Part shown: piece by piece, positions 43,910 to 54,300 of the stretch
How positions within the stretch are numbered: the first letter of the stretch is position 1
Layout of the letters: every line of letters begins with the position of its first letter
The notes under the pieces: generated by a model
The model's database searches: none
Seen by the model: the letters and a program-made list of their open reading frames with translations, nothing else
What the model was told of the DNA's origin: nothing
NCBI GenBank assembly: GCA_046482825.1
Contig: JAWOEI010000092.1
Span: 32,169-96,168 of the forward strand
Reading direction: 5' to 3'
Origin: Kiritimatiellia bacterium
GTDB lineage: Bacteria; Verrucomicrobiota; Kiritimatiellia; RFP12; UBA1067
DNA: 64,000 nucleotides
Made by a program: the position numbers and the translations under genes

Positions 43910-46174
43910 TCATTTTTTCTTCCGGCGTTTTCCGCCACGTGCAGCTTCGCTTCCGGCACCTTTTTCCGCCTTTTTACCGGTCTGTCTGCGAATACCGTAA
44001 CGGTCAGCGGATGTATCGCCTTTTTTTCTGCCGCGTTTCCCACGATTCGGTTTCCGCCCGGCTTCTTCCGGTGTCACTCCTCCGGCAATCCCGAAATCAG
44101 CGCGTCGCTGATTGAAATCCACCCGCACAACATAAACCTTCAGCTGAGTACCGACCTTATAGGTTCTGCCGCCAGCACTCAGAGATTCATTGGCTGAATT
44201 GAATCGCACAAAGTTATTTGAAATCATGGAGATATGAACCATGCCGCCCATTGCGAGAGAGGGAATATCGATAAATACGCCGTAATTTGTGCATTTTGCA
44301 ATCACAGCATCATAGATCTCAGGGTTCTCATCGTCAATCTGCTGTTGCAGATAGCGGAACTTCTTGATTTCTATCAGCTGACGTGATGCGTCATCGGCAA
44401 TTTCTTCACGCTCGGTTGCCAGCCGTGCGACGGCATCCAGATCCTTCTGAGGCATTCTGCCATCGTTTTTTGCCAGGAACGAAGCCAGCTGGCGATGTAG
44501 CACCAGGTCGGGATAACGGCGTATAGGCGATGTGAAATGCGCGTAATATTTCTTCGCAAGACCGAAATGACCGATCTTAGAAGCATCATAGACAGCTCGT
44601 TTCAAACTGCGCAGAACCAGAATATTAGCATGATAAGCCAGTGGATGATTCCGCACTGACTTGAGGAATTTGGCAAGGTTCTTCGGATTAGCCAGATTAC
44701 CCGGCTTAAATCCCAGAACTGCGAGTTTGGCCTGCAGCTCTTCAAGTTTTTCATCATCCGGCGGTTCGTGAAGACGGGCGAGAATCCTGATGCCGCGGGT
44801 CCAGAGTTCTGTGGCCACAGCCTCATTGGCTGCCACCATGCACTCCTCTATCAGCTGATGTGACTCATCATAGGGCCTGATCAAAACATCTTTCAGACGG
44901 GCATCCTTATCCAGGACAATTTCCGCTTCGGGCACTTCCAAATCGAGAGCGGCCATGGAAAAACGCTTTTTGCGAAGCTGAGCGGCCAGTTTCCACACAC
45001 TTTTCAGCAGTGGGGCAGTCTCACGGGGCCAGCTTTCAAGATCTTCCGGCTGCCGTCCCTTTATAATCGCCATGGCCTGTTCGTAATTCAACCGCAGAGC
45101 GGAGCGGATACGCGACTTACAGAAACGCCGGGCTATCATACCGCCGTTTCCGTCAAAAGTCATAAACGCGGAAAAAGCAAGGCGATCCACATCAGGCCGC
45201 AGGGAACAGACACCATTCGACAGCTGTTCCGGAAGCATGGGAATCACTTTGTCCACCAGATAGACAGATGTACCGCGCTCACGGGCCTCGGCATCCAAAG
45301 CAGACTTGGGACGCACAAAATGGGAGACATCGGCAATGTGCACACCAAGCACCCGACGGCCTTTTTCATCGTAATCCAGAGAGATGGCATCGTCAAAATC
45401 CCGCGCTGAGGCAGGATCAATTGTAATAATAAACTTCTTACGCAGATCTTCACGTTTTCCGGGGCGCTTCAGACGCGCGGAAACGTGCTCGGCCTCGTCT
45501 ATCACAGCCGCCGGGAAATCCGTCGGCAGGTCAAACTGACGCATAACCACATCGGTATCCAGCGATGGTTTATCCGCCGGTCCGATTACATCGACGATCT
45601 CACCTTCGGGGGCGACATATTTATTTTCCCAGCCGGTAAAACGAACAACAACTCTGTCCATATCATTTGCACCGTTACGGTCGGGCACATAAAAATCCTT
45701 ACGGTAAACCGGATTCAAAGGAACGACATAAAGAAATTTTCCGGTTGTATGCAGAGTCCCCACGACATCACGCTCAGAACGTTTTACAATTTTAATGACC
45801 TTCCCTTTGAACTCGCCCTGGCTGCGGTAGAGGCGCAAAGTCACACGATCACCGGGAAGGGATGTGCCGAGATCATCCGATTCCACCCACACCCGCTTGC
45901 CGCTGTCCTGATCGATAACAAATCCGGCGCCGTTGCGCACCATGCGCAGCGGACCTGTCAGCAGATCAGCCTGTTTGCCAAGGGTATATACCCGCCCCTT
46001 GCGTATTTCGACAATCTGACCGGATATCACCATTTTGCGCAGGGTTTCATGCAGACGTTTTATCTGTTTGCCGCGCAGGCCGAGAGTTGTACATATCTCT
46101 TTGGCAGTCCAGGTGCTTTCAGGCTCTGATTCAAACAGGTATTGAACCGCTATCATTTCTTTATCGTTTTTCAT
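43910..46174 (-). CDS. rnr: ribonuclease R
   Basis: RNB-domain motifs (DPASARDFDDAISL, HFGL..YYAHFTSPIRRYPDL), a C-terminal S1 domain and a K/R-rich tail. I prefer ATG 46174 (GGGAAAGG upstream) because the predicted -10 lies at 46216-46221. Confidence 0.9.
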   Translation of the reverse strand: MKNDKEMIAVQYLFESEPESTWTAKEICTTLGLRGKQIKRLHETLRKMVISGQIVEIRKGRVYTLGKQADLLTGPLRMVRNGAGFVIDQDSGKRVWVESDDLGTSLPGDRVTLRLYRSQGEFKGKVIKIVKRSERDVVGTLHTTGKFLYVVPLNPVYRKDFYVPDRNGANDMDRVVVRFTGWENKYVAPEGEIVDVIGPADKPSLDTDVVMRQFDLPTDFPAAVIDEAEHVSARLKRPGKREDLRKKFIITIDPASARDFDDAISLDYDEKGRRVLGVHIADVSHFVRPKSALDAEARERGTSVYLVDKVIPMLPEQLSNGVCSLRPDVDRLAFSAFMTFDGNGGMIARRFCKSRIRSALRLNYEQAMAIIKGRQPEDLESWPRETAPLLKSVWKLAAQLRKKRFSMAALDLEVPEAEIVLDKDARLKDVLIRPYDESHQLIEECMVAANEAVATELWTRGIRILARLHEPPDDEKLEELQAKLAVLGFKPGNLANPKNLAKFLKSVRNHPLAYHANILVLRSLKRAVYDASKIGHFGLAKKYYAHFTSPIRRYPDLVLHRQLASFLAKNDGRMPQKDLDAVARLATEREEIADDASRQLIEIKKFRYLQQQIDDENPEIYDAVIAKCTNYGVFIDIPSLAMGGMVHISMISNNFVRFNSANESLSAGGRTYKVGTQLKVYVVRVDFNQRRADFGIAGGVTPEEAGRKPNRGKRGRKKGDTSADRYGIRRQTGKKAEKGAGSEAARGGKRRKKK

Positions 46175-46215
46175 GCTTGCCTTTCCCGTTCGGAACATTT
46201 CTTTGCCTTTGACGA

Positions 46216-46224
46216 ATTATAGCA
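46216..46224 (-). promoter_or_regulatory. extended -10 TGCTATAAT upstream of rnr
   Basis: Reverse complement of attatagca, about 40 nt upstream of ATG 46174. Confidence 0.45.
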
Positions 46225-46274
46225 CAGCACCCACCCGCCGCAACTAAAAGCTTGAAGAATATCCCTTGAAACCA

Positions 46275-46314
46275 AAGCTGCTTTCAGCCGCCTGTCAAGC
46301 AGACGCTGACAGGC
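46275..46314 (-). repeat. dispersed intergenic motif copy B
   Basis: AAGCTGCTTTCAGCCGCCTGTC followed by the 7-bp hairpin CCTGTCA/TGACAGG. Lies upstream of the rnr promoter. Confidence 0.7.
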
Positions 46315-46503
46315 AAACGGCTTATCCCGCCGTCTTGTCCAGCATAGCCAGCCGTAGTCAACGACGGAAGCTTCAGCGAAGGAAAAACCTTGTTCATCAA
46401 AAAAGCGCAGCCGTTATCTTGAGACGTCCAGTTGTATTCTCAACGCCGTAGCTTCAGAAAAAAAACGCTTCGCATTTTAAAATGCCGGAGACCTGAGAAA
46501 ACG

Positions 46504-46537
46504 AAAAAGGCGGATGCCGGAGCATCCGCCTTTTTTT
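46504..46537 (-). terminator. intrinsic (bidirectional) terminator after groEL
   Basis: A5-GGCGGATGC-CGGA-GCATCCGCC-T7, about 30 nt after the groEL stop. A second AT-rich palindrome GCATTTTAAAATGC + T8 follows at about 46455-46485. Confidence 0.8.
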
Positions 46538-46565
46538 CTAATATCTGCTTCGACAAGCGGCAGTA

Positions 46566-48209
46566 TTACATCATACCGCCCATGCCGCCCATTCCGCCCA
46601 TTCCGGGGTCGCCTGCTGGCGCAGGAGCTTCCTTCTCAGGAATTTCCGTAACCATGCACTCGGTTGTGAGCAGCAGACCGGCGATAGACGCGGCATTCTG
46701 CAGAGCAGTGCGCGTAACCTTGGCAGGATCAAGCACACCGGCTTTGATCAGATCGACATACTGGGTTGTCGCAACATTATAACCTGTTGCTGCCTTGCTG
46801 GTCTTGACCTTCTCCACAACCAGAGCGGCTTCCTTACCTGAGTTTTCAACCAGCTGGCGGAGGGGGGCCTCAAGGGCTCTGGTGATGATTTTGACACCTA
46901 TGGCCTCATCACCTTCCGCTTCAACCTTGGCAACTGCATTCTGACAACGCAGCAGAGCAACACCGCCACCGGCGACAATACCTTCTTCAACAGCAGCCCG
47001 CGTAGCGTGCAGAGCATCATCAACTCTGTCCTTTTTCTCTTTCATCTCGGCTTCTGTGGCGGCTCCGACCTTGATTACGGCAACTCCGCCTGCCAGCTTA
47101 GCCAGACGTTCCTGCAGTTTTTCACGGTCATAATCGGAGCTTGTCTCTTCTATCTGTTTCTTGATCAGAGCAACACGCGCCTGGATAGCTTTGGTCTTGC
47201 CGGCACCTTCCACGATGGTTGTATCATCCTTGGTGATAGTAACCTTCTTAGCGGAACCCAGATCGCTCAGTTCAACGTTTTCGAGTTTGATACCCAGATC
47301 CTCACTCAGCATCTTGCCGCCGGTCAGCTCAGCAATATCCTCAAGCATTGCCTTACGGCGATCGCCGAAACCGGGAGCCTTGACAGCAGCAACCTGCAGC
47401 GTACCGCGCAACTTGTTGACAACCAGTGTAGCCAGAGCTTCACCCTCGACATCCTCGGCGATAATCAGCAGAGGCTTGCCTGATTTAGAAACATTCTGCA
47501 ACAGCGGAAGCATATCGTTGAGATTGGATATCTTCTTCTCGAAGATAAGGATATGCGGATTCTCAAGCACACATTCCATATGCTCAGGAGCAGTTACGAA
47601 GTAAGGGGAAAGGTAGCCTTTGTCGAACTGCATACCTTCGACAACATCAAGTGTCGTTTCGAGGGTCTTGGCCTCTTCAACAGTGATGGTTCCGTCCTTA
47701 CCGACCTTATCCATGGCCTCGGCAATGATATCGCCTATCTCTTTTTCCCCGTTGGCTGAGATTGTTGCTACCTGTGCCACTTCGGAAGGATCCTTGACAC
47801 GCTTGGACTGTTTTGCAATAGCAGCCACAACTGCCGCCGCCGCCTTGTCAACACCACGCTTCAGAGCCATGGGATTGGCACCGGCAGTTACATTCTTCAG
47901 ACCTTCGCGGTAGATCGCTTCAGCCAACAGCGTGGCTGTGGTTGTTCCGTCACCTGCGACATCACTTGTCTTGCTGGCGACTTCACGCACCATCTGCGCG
48001 CCCATATTTTCAAAAGGATCGGGCAGCTCAATTTCCTTGGCCACGGAAACACCGTCCTTGGTGATTGCCGGTGAACCGAATTTCTTATCAAGAATAACAT
48101 TACGTCCGCACGGACCGAGTGTCGTCGCCACAGCCCGGCTGAGTTTCTCGATACCAGTCAGAATCTTCTGACGTGCCTCTGCTTCATACATCATCTGCTT
48201 TGCAGCCAT
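46566..48209 (-). CDS. groEL: chaperonin GroEL
   Basis: 547 aa with [12 protein letters not shown] and a C-terminal [10 protein letters not shown] tail. Confidence 0.98.
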   Translation of the reverse strand: MAAKQMMYEAEARQKILTGIEKLSRAVATTLGPCGRNVILDKKFGSPAITKDGVSVAKEIELPDPFENMGAQMVREVASKTSDVAGDGTTTATLLAEAIYREGLKNVTAGANPMALKRGVDKAAAAVVAAIAKQSKRVKDPSEVAQVATISANGEKEIGDIIAEAMDKVGKDGTITVEEAKTLETTLDVVEGMQFDKGYLSPYFVTAPEHMECVLENPHILIFEKKISNLNDMLPLLQNVSKSGKPLLIIAEDVEGEALATLVVNKLRGTLQVAAVKAPGFGDRRKAMLEDIAELTGGKMLSEDLGIKLENVELSDLGSAKKVTITKDDTTIVEGAGKTKAIQARVALIKKQIEETSSDYDREKLQERLAKLAGGVAVIKVGAATEAEMKEKKDRVDDALHATRAAVEEGIVAGGGVALLRCQNAVAKVEAEGDEAIGVKIITRALEAPLRQLVENSGKEAALVVEKVKTSKAATGYNVATTQYVDLIKAGVLDPAKVTRTALQNAASIAGLLLTTECMVTEIPEKEAPAPAGDPGMGGMGGMGGMM

Positions 48210-48303
48210 TTTACATTCTCCAATTTTAGTAGTTAAATTATCTTCAAACTCCGGTTTAATCTTTCAACAGTTCAGACATTTGACCGGATATCTGAGGCAT
48301 CAC

Positions 48304-48591
48304 TCACACAAGAACGCCGAGAAGGTCATCCTCACGTACGAGCTGATACATCACATCGTCAATTTTGACCTCGGTTCCGCCGTACTTCGGAAGAAGAACC
48401 ATATCGCCGACTTCAACGTCAAAAGGTATTTCCTCTCCATCATCATCACGCTTTTTACCGACTGCAATAACTTTGCCTTCCATCGGTTTTTCCTTAGCGG
48501 AATCAGGAATAATAATGCCACCCTTGGTGACATCTTTAGCATCAGCAGGCTCAACCAGAACGCGGTCGCCTAATGGACGAATTTTTGCCAT
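48304..48591 (-). CDS. groES: co-chaperonin GroES
   Basis: 95 aa: [10 protein letters not shown]...[13 protein letters not shown]. Confidence 0.97.
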   Translation of the reverse strand: MAKIRPLGDRVLVEPADAKDVTKGGIIIPDSAKEKPMEGKVIAVGKKRDDDGEEIPFDVEVGDMVLLPKYGGTEVKIDDVMYQLVREDDLLGVLV

Positions 48592-48644
48592 TGTGTATTC
48601 TCCTTTGTTTGTTAACAGTATGTTTAATTGATGAAAATTGTCGG

Positions 48645-48674
48645 AAAAACAGGGCGGTAAAATTATCTCCGCCC
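48645..48674 (-). terminator. intrinsic terminator after dnaK
   Basis: Minus strand reads GGGCGG-N11-CCGCCC-TG-TTTTT, about 75 nt after the dnaK stop. Only about 50 nt separate it from the groES start. Confidence 0.7.
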
Positions 48675-48749
48675 GGAAGATAAAAGCCGACGGACACCCG
48701 TGCCTGCTTTCAGTCTGAAGGCAACACGGCTGAATCCGTCACTGAACGA

Positions 48750-50684
48750 TTATTTCTTATCGTCATCCATCATTTCGTAATCAGCATCTATCACATCATC
48801 ATCGTTCTTCTCCGCCGATGATCCGGAATCGGTTCCAGCGGACTGTCCCGCATCCGCTCCGGAGGCTCCGCCTGCCGCAGCATCCGCTCCGGGCTGCTGT
48901 GAATACATTTCCTGACTGACAGACTCCATTGCCTTGGTAAGAACTTCCTGTTTGGCTTTAATCTCATCAATGCTGCCGCCCTTGAGCGCTTCCTTGAGAT
49001 CGTTCAGAGCTGTTTCAACCGGCGCCTTTTTGTCGGCGGATATCTTTTCCGCGTTATCCTTGAGCAGTTTCTCAACCTGATAGCAAAGATTCTCCGCCTG
49101 ATTACGCGACTCAACCTCCTCGCGACGTCTGGCATCCTCAGCCGCATGGGCTTCCGCATCTTTGCACATCTGATCTATCTCTTCCTTGGAAAGGCCGCTG
49201 GATGCGGTGATAGTGATTTTATGCTCTTTGCCTGTGCCGAGATCCTTGGCATGGACATTAAGAATCCCGTTCGCATCCAGGTCAAAAGACACCTCTATCT
49301 GCGGAACACCGCGCGGTGCAGGCGGAATGCCGTCCAGATGAAAACGTCCTATTGTTTTGTTGTCAGCGGACATCTTGCGCTCACCCTGCAACACATGAAT
49401 CTCAACCGAAGGCTGATTGTCAGCAGCCGTCGAAAAAATCTCGCTCTTCTTGGTGGGTATGGTCGTATTCCGCTCGATCAGCGGAGTCATTATACCGCCG
49501 AGAGTTTCTATTCCGAGGGTCAACGGGGTGACATCAAGAAGCAGAACGTCTTTGACATCGCCTTTGAGAATTCCACCCTGAATCGCTGCGCCTATGGCAA
49601 CTACTTCATCCGGATTGACGCCCTTGTGAGGCGCTTTGCCGAAAAGATCGCCAGCCTTAGCCTGCAGTTTCGGCATACGGGTCTGTCCGCCTACCAGCAC
49701 CACCTCATCCACACTGCTGATTCCCGCATCTTTAAGGCACTCCCTGCAGGGCTGCGCCGTGCGCTCAAGCAGAGATTCTGTAAGCGACTCAAGCTTAGCG
49801 CGGGTCAAGGTCATATTCATGTGCTTAGGCCCGCTACTGTCAGCGGTAATAAAAGGAAGATTGATATCGGAACTGGGAGAGGATGAAAGTTCACATTTGG
49901 CTTTCTCCGCAGCCTCTTTAAGACGCTGGAGGGCCATGGCATCCTTTGAAAGATCAATGCCGCTCTCCTTTTTAAACTCCTCCGTCAGCCAGTTCATCAC
50001 TGCCTGATCAAGGTCATCGCCACCCAGATGGGTATCGCCGTTTGTGGCCTTAACCTCAAAAACGCCGTCACCTATATCCAAAATGGAAACATCAAAAGTG
50101 CCGCCGCCGAAATCATATACGGCAATCTTTTCATCCTTCTTCTTGTCGAGGCCGTAAGCCAGAGAAGCCGCTGTAGGCTCGTTGATGATGCGCAGAACCT
50201 CCAGCCCCGCGATCCGCCCGGCATCCTTCGTAGCCTGACGCTGGGAATCGTTGAAATAGGCCGGCACGGTTATCACCGCTTGCGCTATGGTTTCTCCAAG
50301 ATATGACTCCGCATCGGTTTTAAGTTTCTGCAGAACCATGGCTGCAACTTCCGGCGGGGAGTAAACCTTATCGTCCACCTTGACATGCGCGTCTCCGTTG
50401 GCCGCCCGCACAACTTCATACGGCACCATCGCTATTTCCTGTGACATTTCATCGAACTTACGCCCCATGAAACGCTTGACTGAATATATAGTCTTGTTCG
50501 AATTGGTCACTGCCTGACGTTTAGCAGCCTGTCCCACCAGACGTTCCCCGTCTTTGGAAAAGGCCACAATGGAAGGTGTTGTACGCTGACCTTCCGCATT
50601 CGGTATTACTACAGGCTCACCACCCTCCATAACAGACATACACGAGTTGGTTGTACCTAAATCTATTCCTAAAACTTTTGCCAT
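48750..50684 (-). CDS. dnaK: molecular chaperone DnaK (Hsp70)
   Basis: [14 protein letters not shown]..., [10 protein letters not shown]. The start is trimmed to ATG 50684 (GGAG 10 nt upstream). Confidence 0.98.
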   Translation of the reverse strand: MAKVLGIDLGTTNSCMSVMEGGEPVVIPNAEGQRTTPSIVAFSKDGERLVGQAAKRQAVTNSNKTIYSVKRFMGRKFDEMSQEIAMVPYEVVRAANGDAHVKVDDKVYSPPEVAAMVLQKLKTDAESYLGETIAQAVITVPAYFNDSQRQATKDAGRIAGLEVLRIINEPTAASLAYGLDKKKDEKIAVYDFGGGTFDVSILDIGDGVFEVKATNGDTHLGGDDLDQAVMNWLTEEFKKESGIDLSKDAMALQRLKEAAEKAKCELSSSPSSDINLPFITADSSGPKHMNMTLTRAKLESLTESLLERTAQPCRECLKDAGISSVDEVVLVGGQTRMPKLQAKAGDLFGKAPHKGVNPDEVVAIGAAIQGGILKGDVKDVLLLDVTPLTLGIETLGGIMTPLIERNTTIPTKKSEIFSTAADNQPSVEIHVLQGERKMSADNKTIGRFHLDGIPPAPRGVPQIEVSFDLDANGILNVHAKDLGTGKEHKITITASSGLSKEEIDQMCKDAEAHAAEDARRREEVESRNQAENLCYQVEKLLKDNAEKISADKKAPVETALNDLKEALKGGSIDEIKAKQEVLTKAMESVSQEMYSQQPGADAAAGGASGADAGQSAGTDSGSSAEKNDDDVIDADYEMMDDDKK

Positions 50685-50856
50685 TTTAATTCGCTCCAAT
50701 CTGTCCGGTTTTGAATCCACCGAACCACGCCATCAGTTGAGCAGTTAATATACCAAGTGATTATTTTTTATTCGTTTCCTGTTTAAAAGAAATATAAGCT
50801 CTTAAATTGCAATGAGTTAAATGTTTGTTATTTTACAGGGCCGCAAGAGAACACAA

Positions 50857-50915
50857 GTGAGACACAGTGGGACACAGGATGTCTCATGTCCCACATCCAC
50901 AAAAAAAGTGAGACA
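50857..50915. promoter_or_regulatory. cluster of five TGTC(C/T)CAC / GTG(A/G)GACA octamers upstream of dnaK
   Basis: GTGAGACA at 50857, GTGGGACA at 50867, TGTCTCAt at 50880, TGTCCCAC at 50887 and GTGAGACA at 50908. They include direct repeats 10 bp apart and an inverted pair. Confidence 0.4.
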
Positions 50916-51369
50916 TAAACTGTGCACATACTGCTGTGCGGCAGAGAATTTCATCAGGGGGTGCGAACAGTCGGCCGCGACAAGGTCGGACTGCCAGCTT
51001 GTCTGATCAGGCAGCCGCACAGCCTGGTATTTCATAAACTTGCGGCTTCCCGCACGCATGCTCTCAGCATCATGCACCATGCCTTCTGCAAAGCACACTA
51101 GTCAACGGAAACAGGGTGGAAAATGCCGTTTTTTCCTGTCCATAACGCACACAAAAGCATAATATGAGGATTTCCTGTGAGGCATAAAAACTGCTGTAAA
51201 AAACAGGAAGCAGCACCCTTTTTCACATACGTGTCAGCGGAAAGTTGTGCAGAACAAAGCCGGACCAGATGCAGAGCTCACTCAGGCTTCCCCGGCTACA
51301 GGGTTTTAAATTGTGTGTAATAAACTTATAACATTCATTGGTTCACAGTTCCGTATAATACACAGAGAA

Positions 51370-54300
51370 ATGACATTTACAAATTTCATCTTCCGGCAGG
51401 ACGGGATTTTATGTCTGAAGCTATTCTTTTTTCTTACAGCTTTTCTTCCTTCAGTGCTGTTTTCACGGGATGCCGAATCAAACCGGTTGCAAATGAAGCA
51501 CCGCTCTGAATTTGCTGCAATGAATCTTTCTGTGCAGGACGGCGTATTTTCCGTCAGTATCATAAACCCCCGCAACAACTCCGGTGTGGAAATTTCCGTC
51601 AATCAGACCGAAACGCGGTGCCGGATGTTTCCAATGCGTTTTTTCAGCAAAAACACGGCCAAACAGATATCAACCCGTCCCGCACCCGATCCGGAAGGAT
51701 CTCTGCTATGGTTCTCCTTCCGACGCACAGAACGCATGTGGAGTGCTTATATCAACGACAGGGAAATTCTGCGCACGCCTGAACTCTGGACAGGCCCCAT
51801 ACAGATAAAGCATGCGGAAAACTTGATGCCTGCTGACGAAGATATTGATGACTATACCCAGAAGCTGGGGTCATTTCGGTTTGAGGACGATTTTCTCGTA
51901 CCTGCGGGATCGGATTTTCCGCCGGCATGGGAAATCATGAGCGGTATCTGGAACCTGCACTCTGTCACAGGCACTGTCAGCGGCACAGGAGGATACAAAC
52001 TGGCACGGCAGCCTAAACCGGAAAAAAGTCCCAACTTCTATACGCTGCAGGGTGGCGGCACCAATGCGGTTGTTCTGACCGGAGAACCTTTTTACACCCG
52101 CTACCGGCTACGTGCATCCGTTCAGCATAACACAGGCACAAACGGCATTGTCTTTCTTGCCCCTGAAGCAGGCGGCTACACCGCTTTCACAGCGCGCACG
52201 GATCACAGAACCGGAAGACTGGTGCTTGACCTGTGGCAGCAGCCGGAAAATTCCGGAGCTCCCCCGGTCTTCATCGAATCGGTCAGGACAAAACTTCCGG
52301 CTGGGCAATGGCTTCTGCTGGAAATCAAACTTTTTGAAGATACCGTAATATGCATGGCAGACCACATCCCCGTTATACGGCACCGGATGAGTCTGGTACC
52401 GGGCGGCCGCTTAGGTCTGTTTGCCAATATGCCTGCCGATGAATTCACCCGTTTCGATGATATATCCGCGTCCACACACGATGATATGATTTTCTCAAAT
52501 CCCTCGGATATCGATTTTCAGACATTGAAAGGCACGCCTCAGGTCCCGTCCCTCATACGCCGCAACAGGTGCTGGGCCTACTTTTCCCCCGCAATGAATA
52601 AACACCTCTGGCAATACGGGGCGGCTGGCTCCGCCCCGTTGCGTCAGGAAACCATGGCGGTCTCGGTTTCCGACTCGTTCTCATTCGGTCTGACCTGCGG
52701 AGCAGTCAGTAATAACGCCCCTCATTTCAGTTTCCTGTGCAATCAGACCGATAACAGACGCATCTATTCACTTTCATGGATAGACGGAACCAATACAACC
52801 ATGCTGGACTCCTTTGAAACCGGATTCACCAGCAACCGCGTGGAACTTGCCCTGGATGCTCTGACCCCCGATGAAATCAAGGGGTATGCGGACGGCAGAC
52901 TGGTCTGTTTCACACGACCTGAAAAACCGACCGGAGGCATTCAGGGAGTCATGGCAGCAATTACAGACGATTTTTTCTTCACCGCGCCGGAAGTCAGATC
53001 AAAAGACACGACGCCAGTTGAACGTTTTGAAAAAAACCCCCTCTATGTCAACGACGCCTTTATGCGACACTGGGCATCGCCCGAGGGCCAGTGGGTAACC
53101 TTTGAAGACGGCATGACCTGGTTCAAAGGCGATATAACCGGCGCAGTCAAAGTACGTATGCCGGTGGTTGACGGCTCCACCCTGCACCTCTGTGTTCCGG
53201 AGACATCCTCCAACGGGCTATGCCGTGTGGTTGTCTCTAACGGTTTCATCAATCTCTACACAGAGCACAATCCGACCGGGGCTGTACTGAGAGTGAAAGC
53301 GGAACAGATACCCGAAGTCTCCTACAAAAAAACAAAGATACAGCTATTCACCGTGGGACTCGAGGATCATGTTGTCTGGATAAGCGGAGACAAAAATCTC
53401 ATTGCGAAAACCCACCTGAAACACACTCTTCCGGGGCGCCGCCTTCGTCTGGAAGGCATGGAGCTGACAGACCTCAAACACACCCTTGTGAAACGCGACA
53501 ATGTTTTCGACACCCTTTTCACCGAATCTCTGTACAACTGGACCATCAACGGAGGGCGCTGGGAAATAGTGAACCGCTTCTTCTGTGAGCCCACATGGTC
53601 ACATATGAACGGTGAAAATTCCGATTCTCTTGCGGCTCTCTGGTCAAAATACATTTTTGCGGGTGATTTTTCGATTGAGTTCTATGCGGGAATGCGCATG
53701 GGCTGGTATCAACGCCCGGGAGATCTCAATCTGACAGTGATGAGCAAAAACAATCTGACAGCCGACGGCTATACCGCCATTGCGACAGGCTGGGACCCCG
53801 ACCATTCACAGCTCTACTCACGTCTGCTCCGCAACGGCGAGCTGATGGATATCACAACCAGATATCTCGTACCCCGCAGGCGGGAAGGGCTAGCCCGCAA
53901 AGGATATCAGCCTCTGCTGCGGAAAGGGCGTAGCATACACGGAGCCTGGTACGGAATGCAGCTTCGGCGTATAGGCAACAGATTGCAGTATATATACGAC
54001 AACGAAGAAGTTTTCAATGTTATCGACAAAACCCCCCTGCAGAACGGCAGTCTGGGAATATGGACCTATCGCAACTCCATGATGGTTGCCCGTATCAAGA
54101 TCGCTGCGGAATCCATTAAACCCCGTCCTTTCAGTTTCCACTCCATTAAACCGGGGGCAGACCTGTCTCCTCCGGTTTCACAGAGTGCCGACTCCGGTCT
54201 GAGGATAAACAACCGTGTGGTGCAGCCTCTCTCCCCTGAATTCTGGGAGCCTTTCGACACCGTGAGCCATCCAGTGGTGAATTTCCGGAATTTAAAAAGC

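Noticed and set aside
48704-48713. A possible fourth copy of the dispersed motif (CTGCTTTCAG) between dnaK and groES.
   Set aside because: Only 10 nt match. That is expected by chance at roughly the 10 percent level in a 64-kb window searched on both strands. The flanking hairpin architecture is also absent.
48592-48750. CIRCE (HrcA operator) or sigma32-type promoter upstream of groES and dnaK.
   Set aside because: I found no match to TTAGCACTC-N9-GAGTGCTAA and no convincing CTTGAAA-N13-17-CCCCAT by eye. Only a weak CCGACA-16-CATACT candidate precedes groES.
49146-49886. 246-aa ORF antisense to dnaK, plus other plus-strand ORFs across 49.3-50.3 kb.
   Set aside because: Long stop-free antisense frames are a known by-product of the codon bias of highly expressed Hsp70 genes. 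The composition is not protein-like, and the region is fully explained by dnaK.
51150-51240. Possible ~60-nt plus-strand sRNA, with hairpin CTGCTGT-A5-ACAGgaAGCAG followed by CACCCTTTTT.
   Set aside because: The putative -35 is poor, the stem is bulged and the U-tract is separated from the stem. The evidence is too weak to call.
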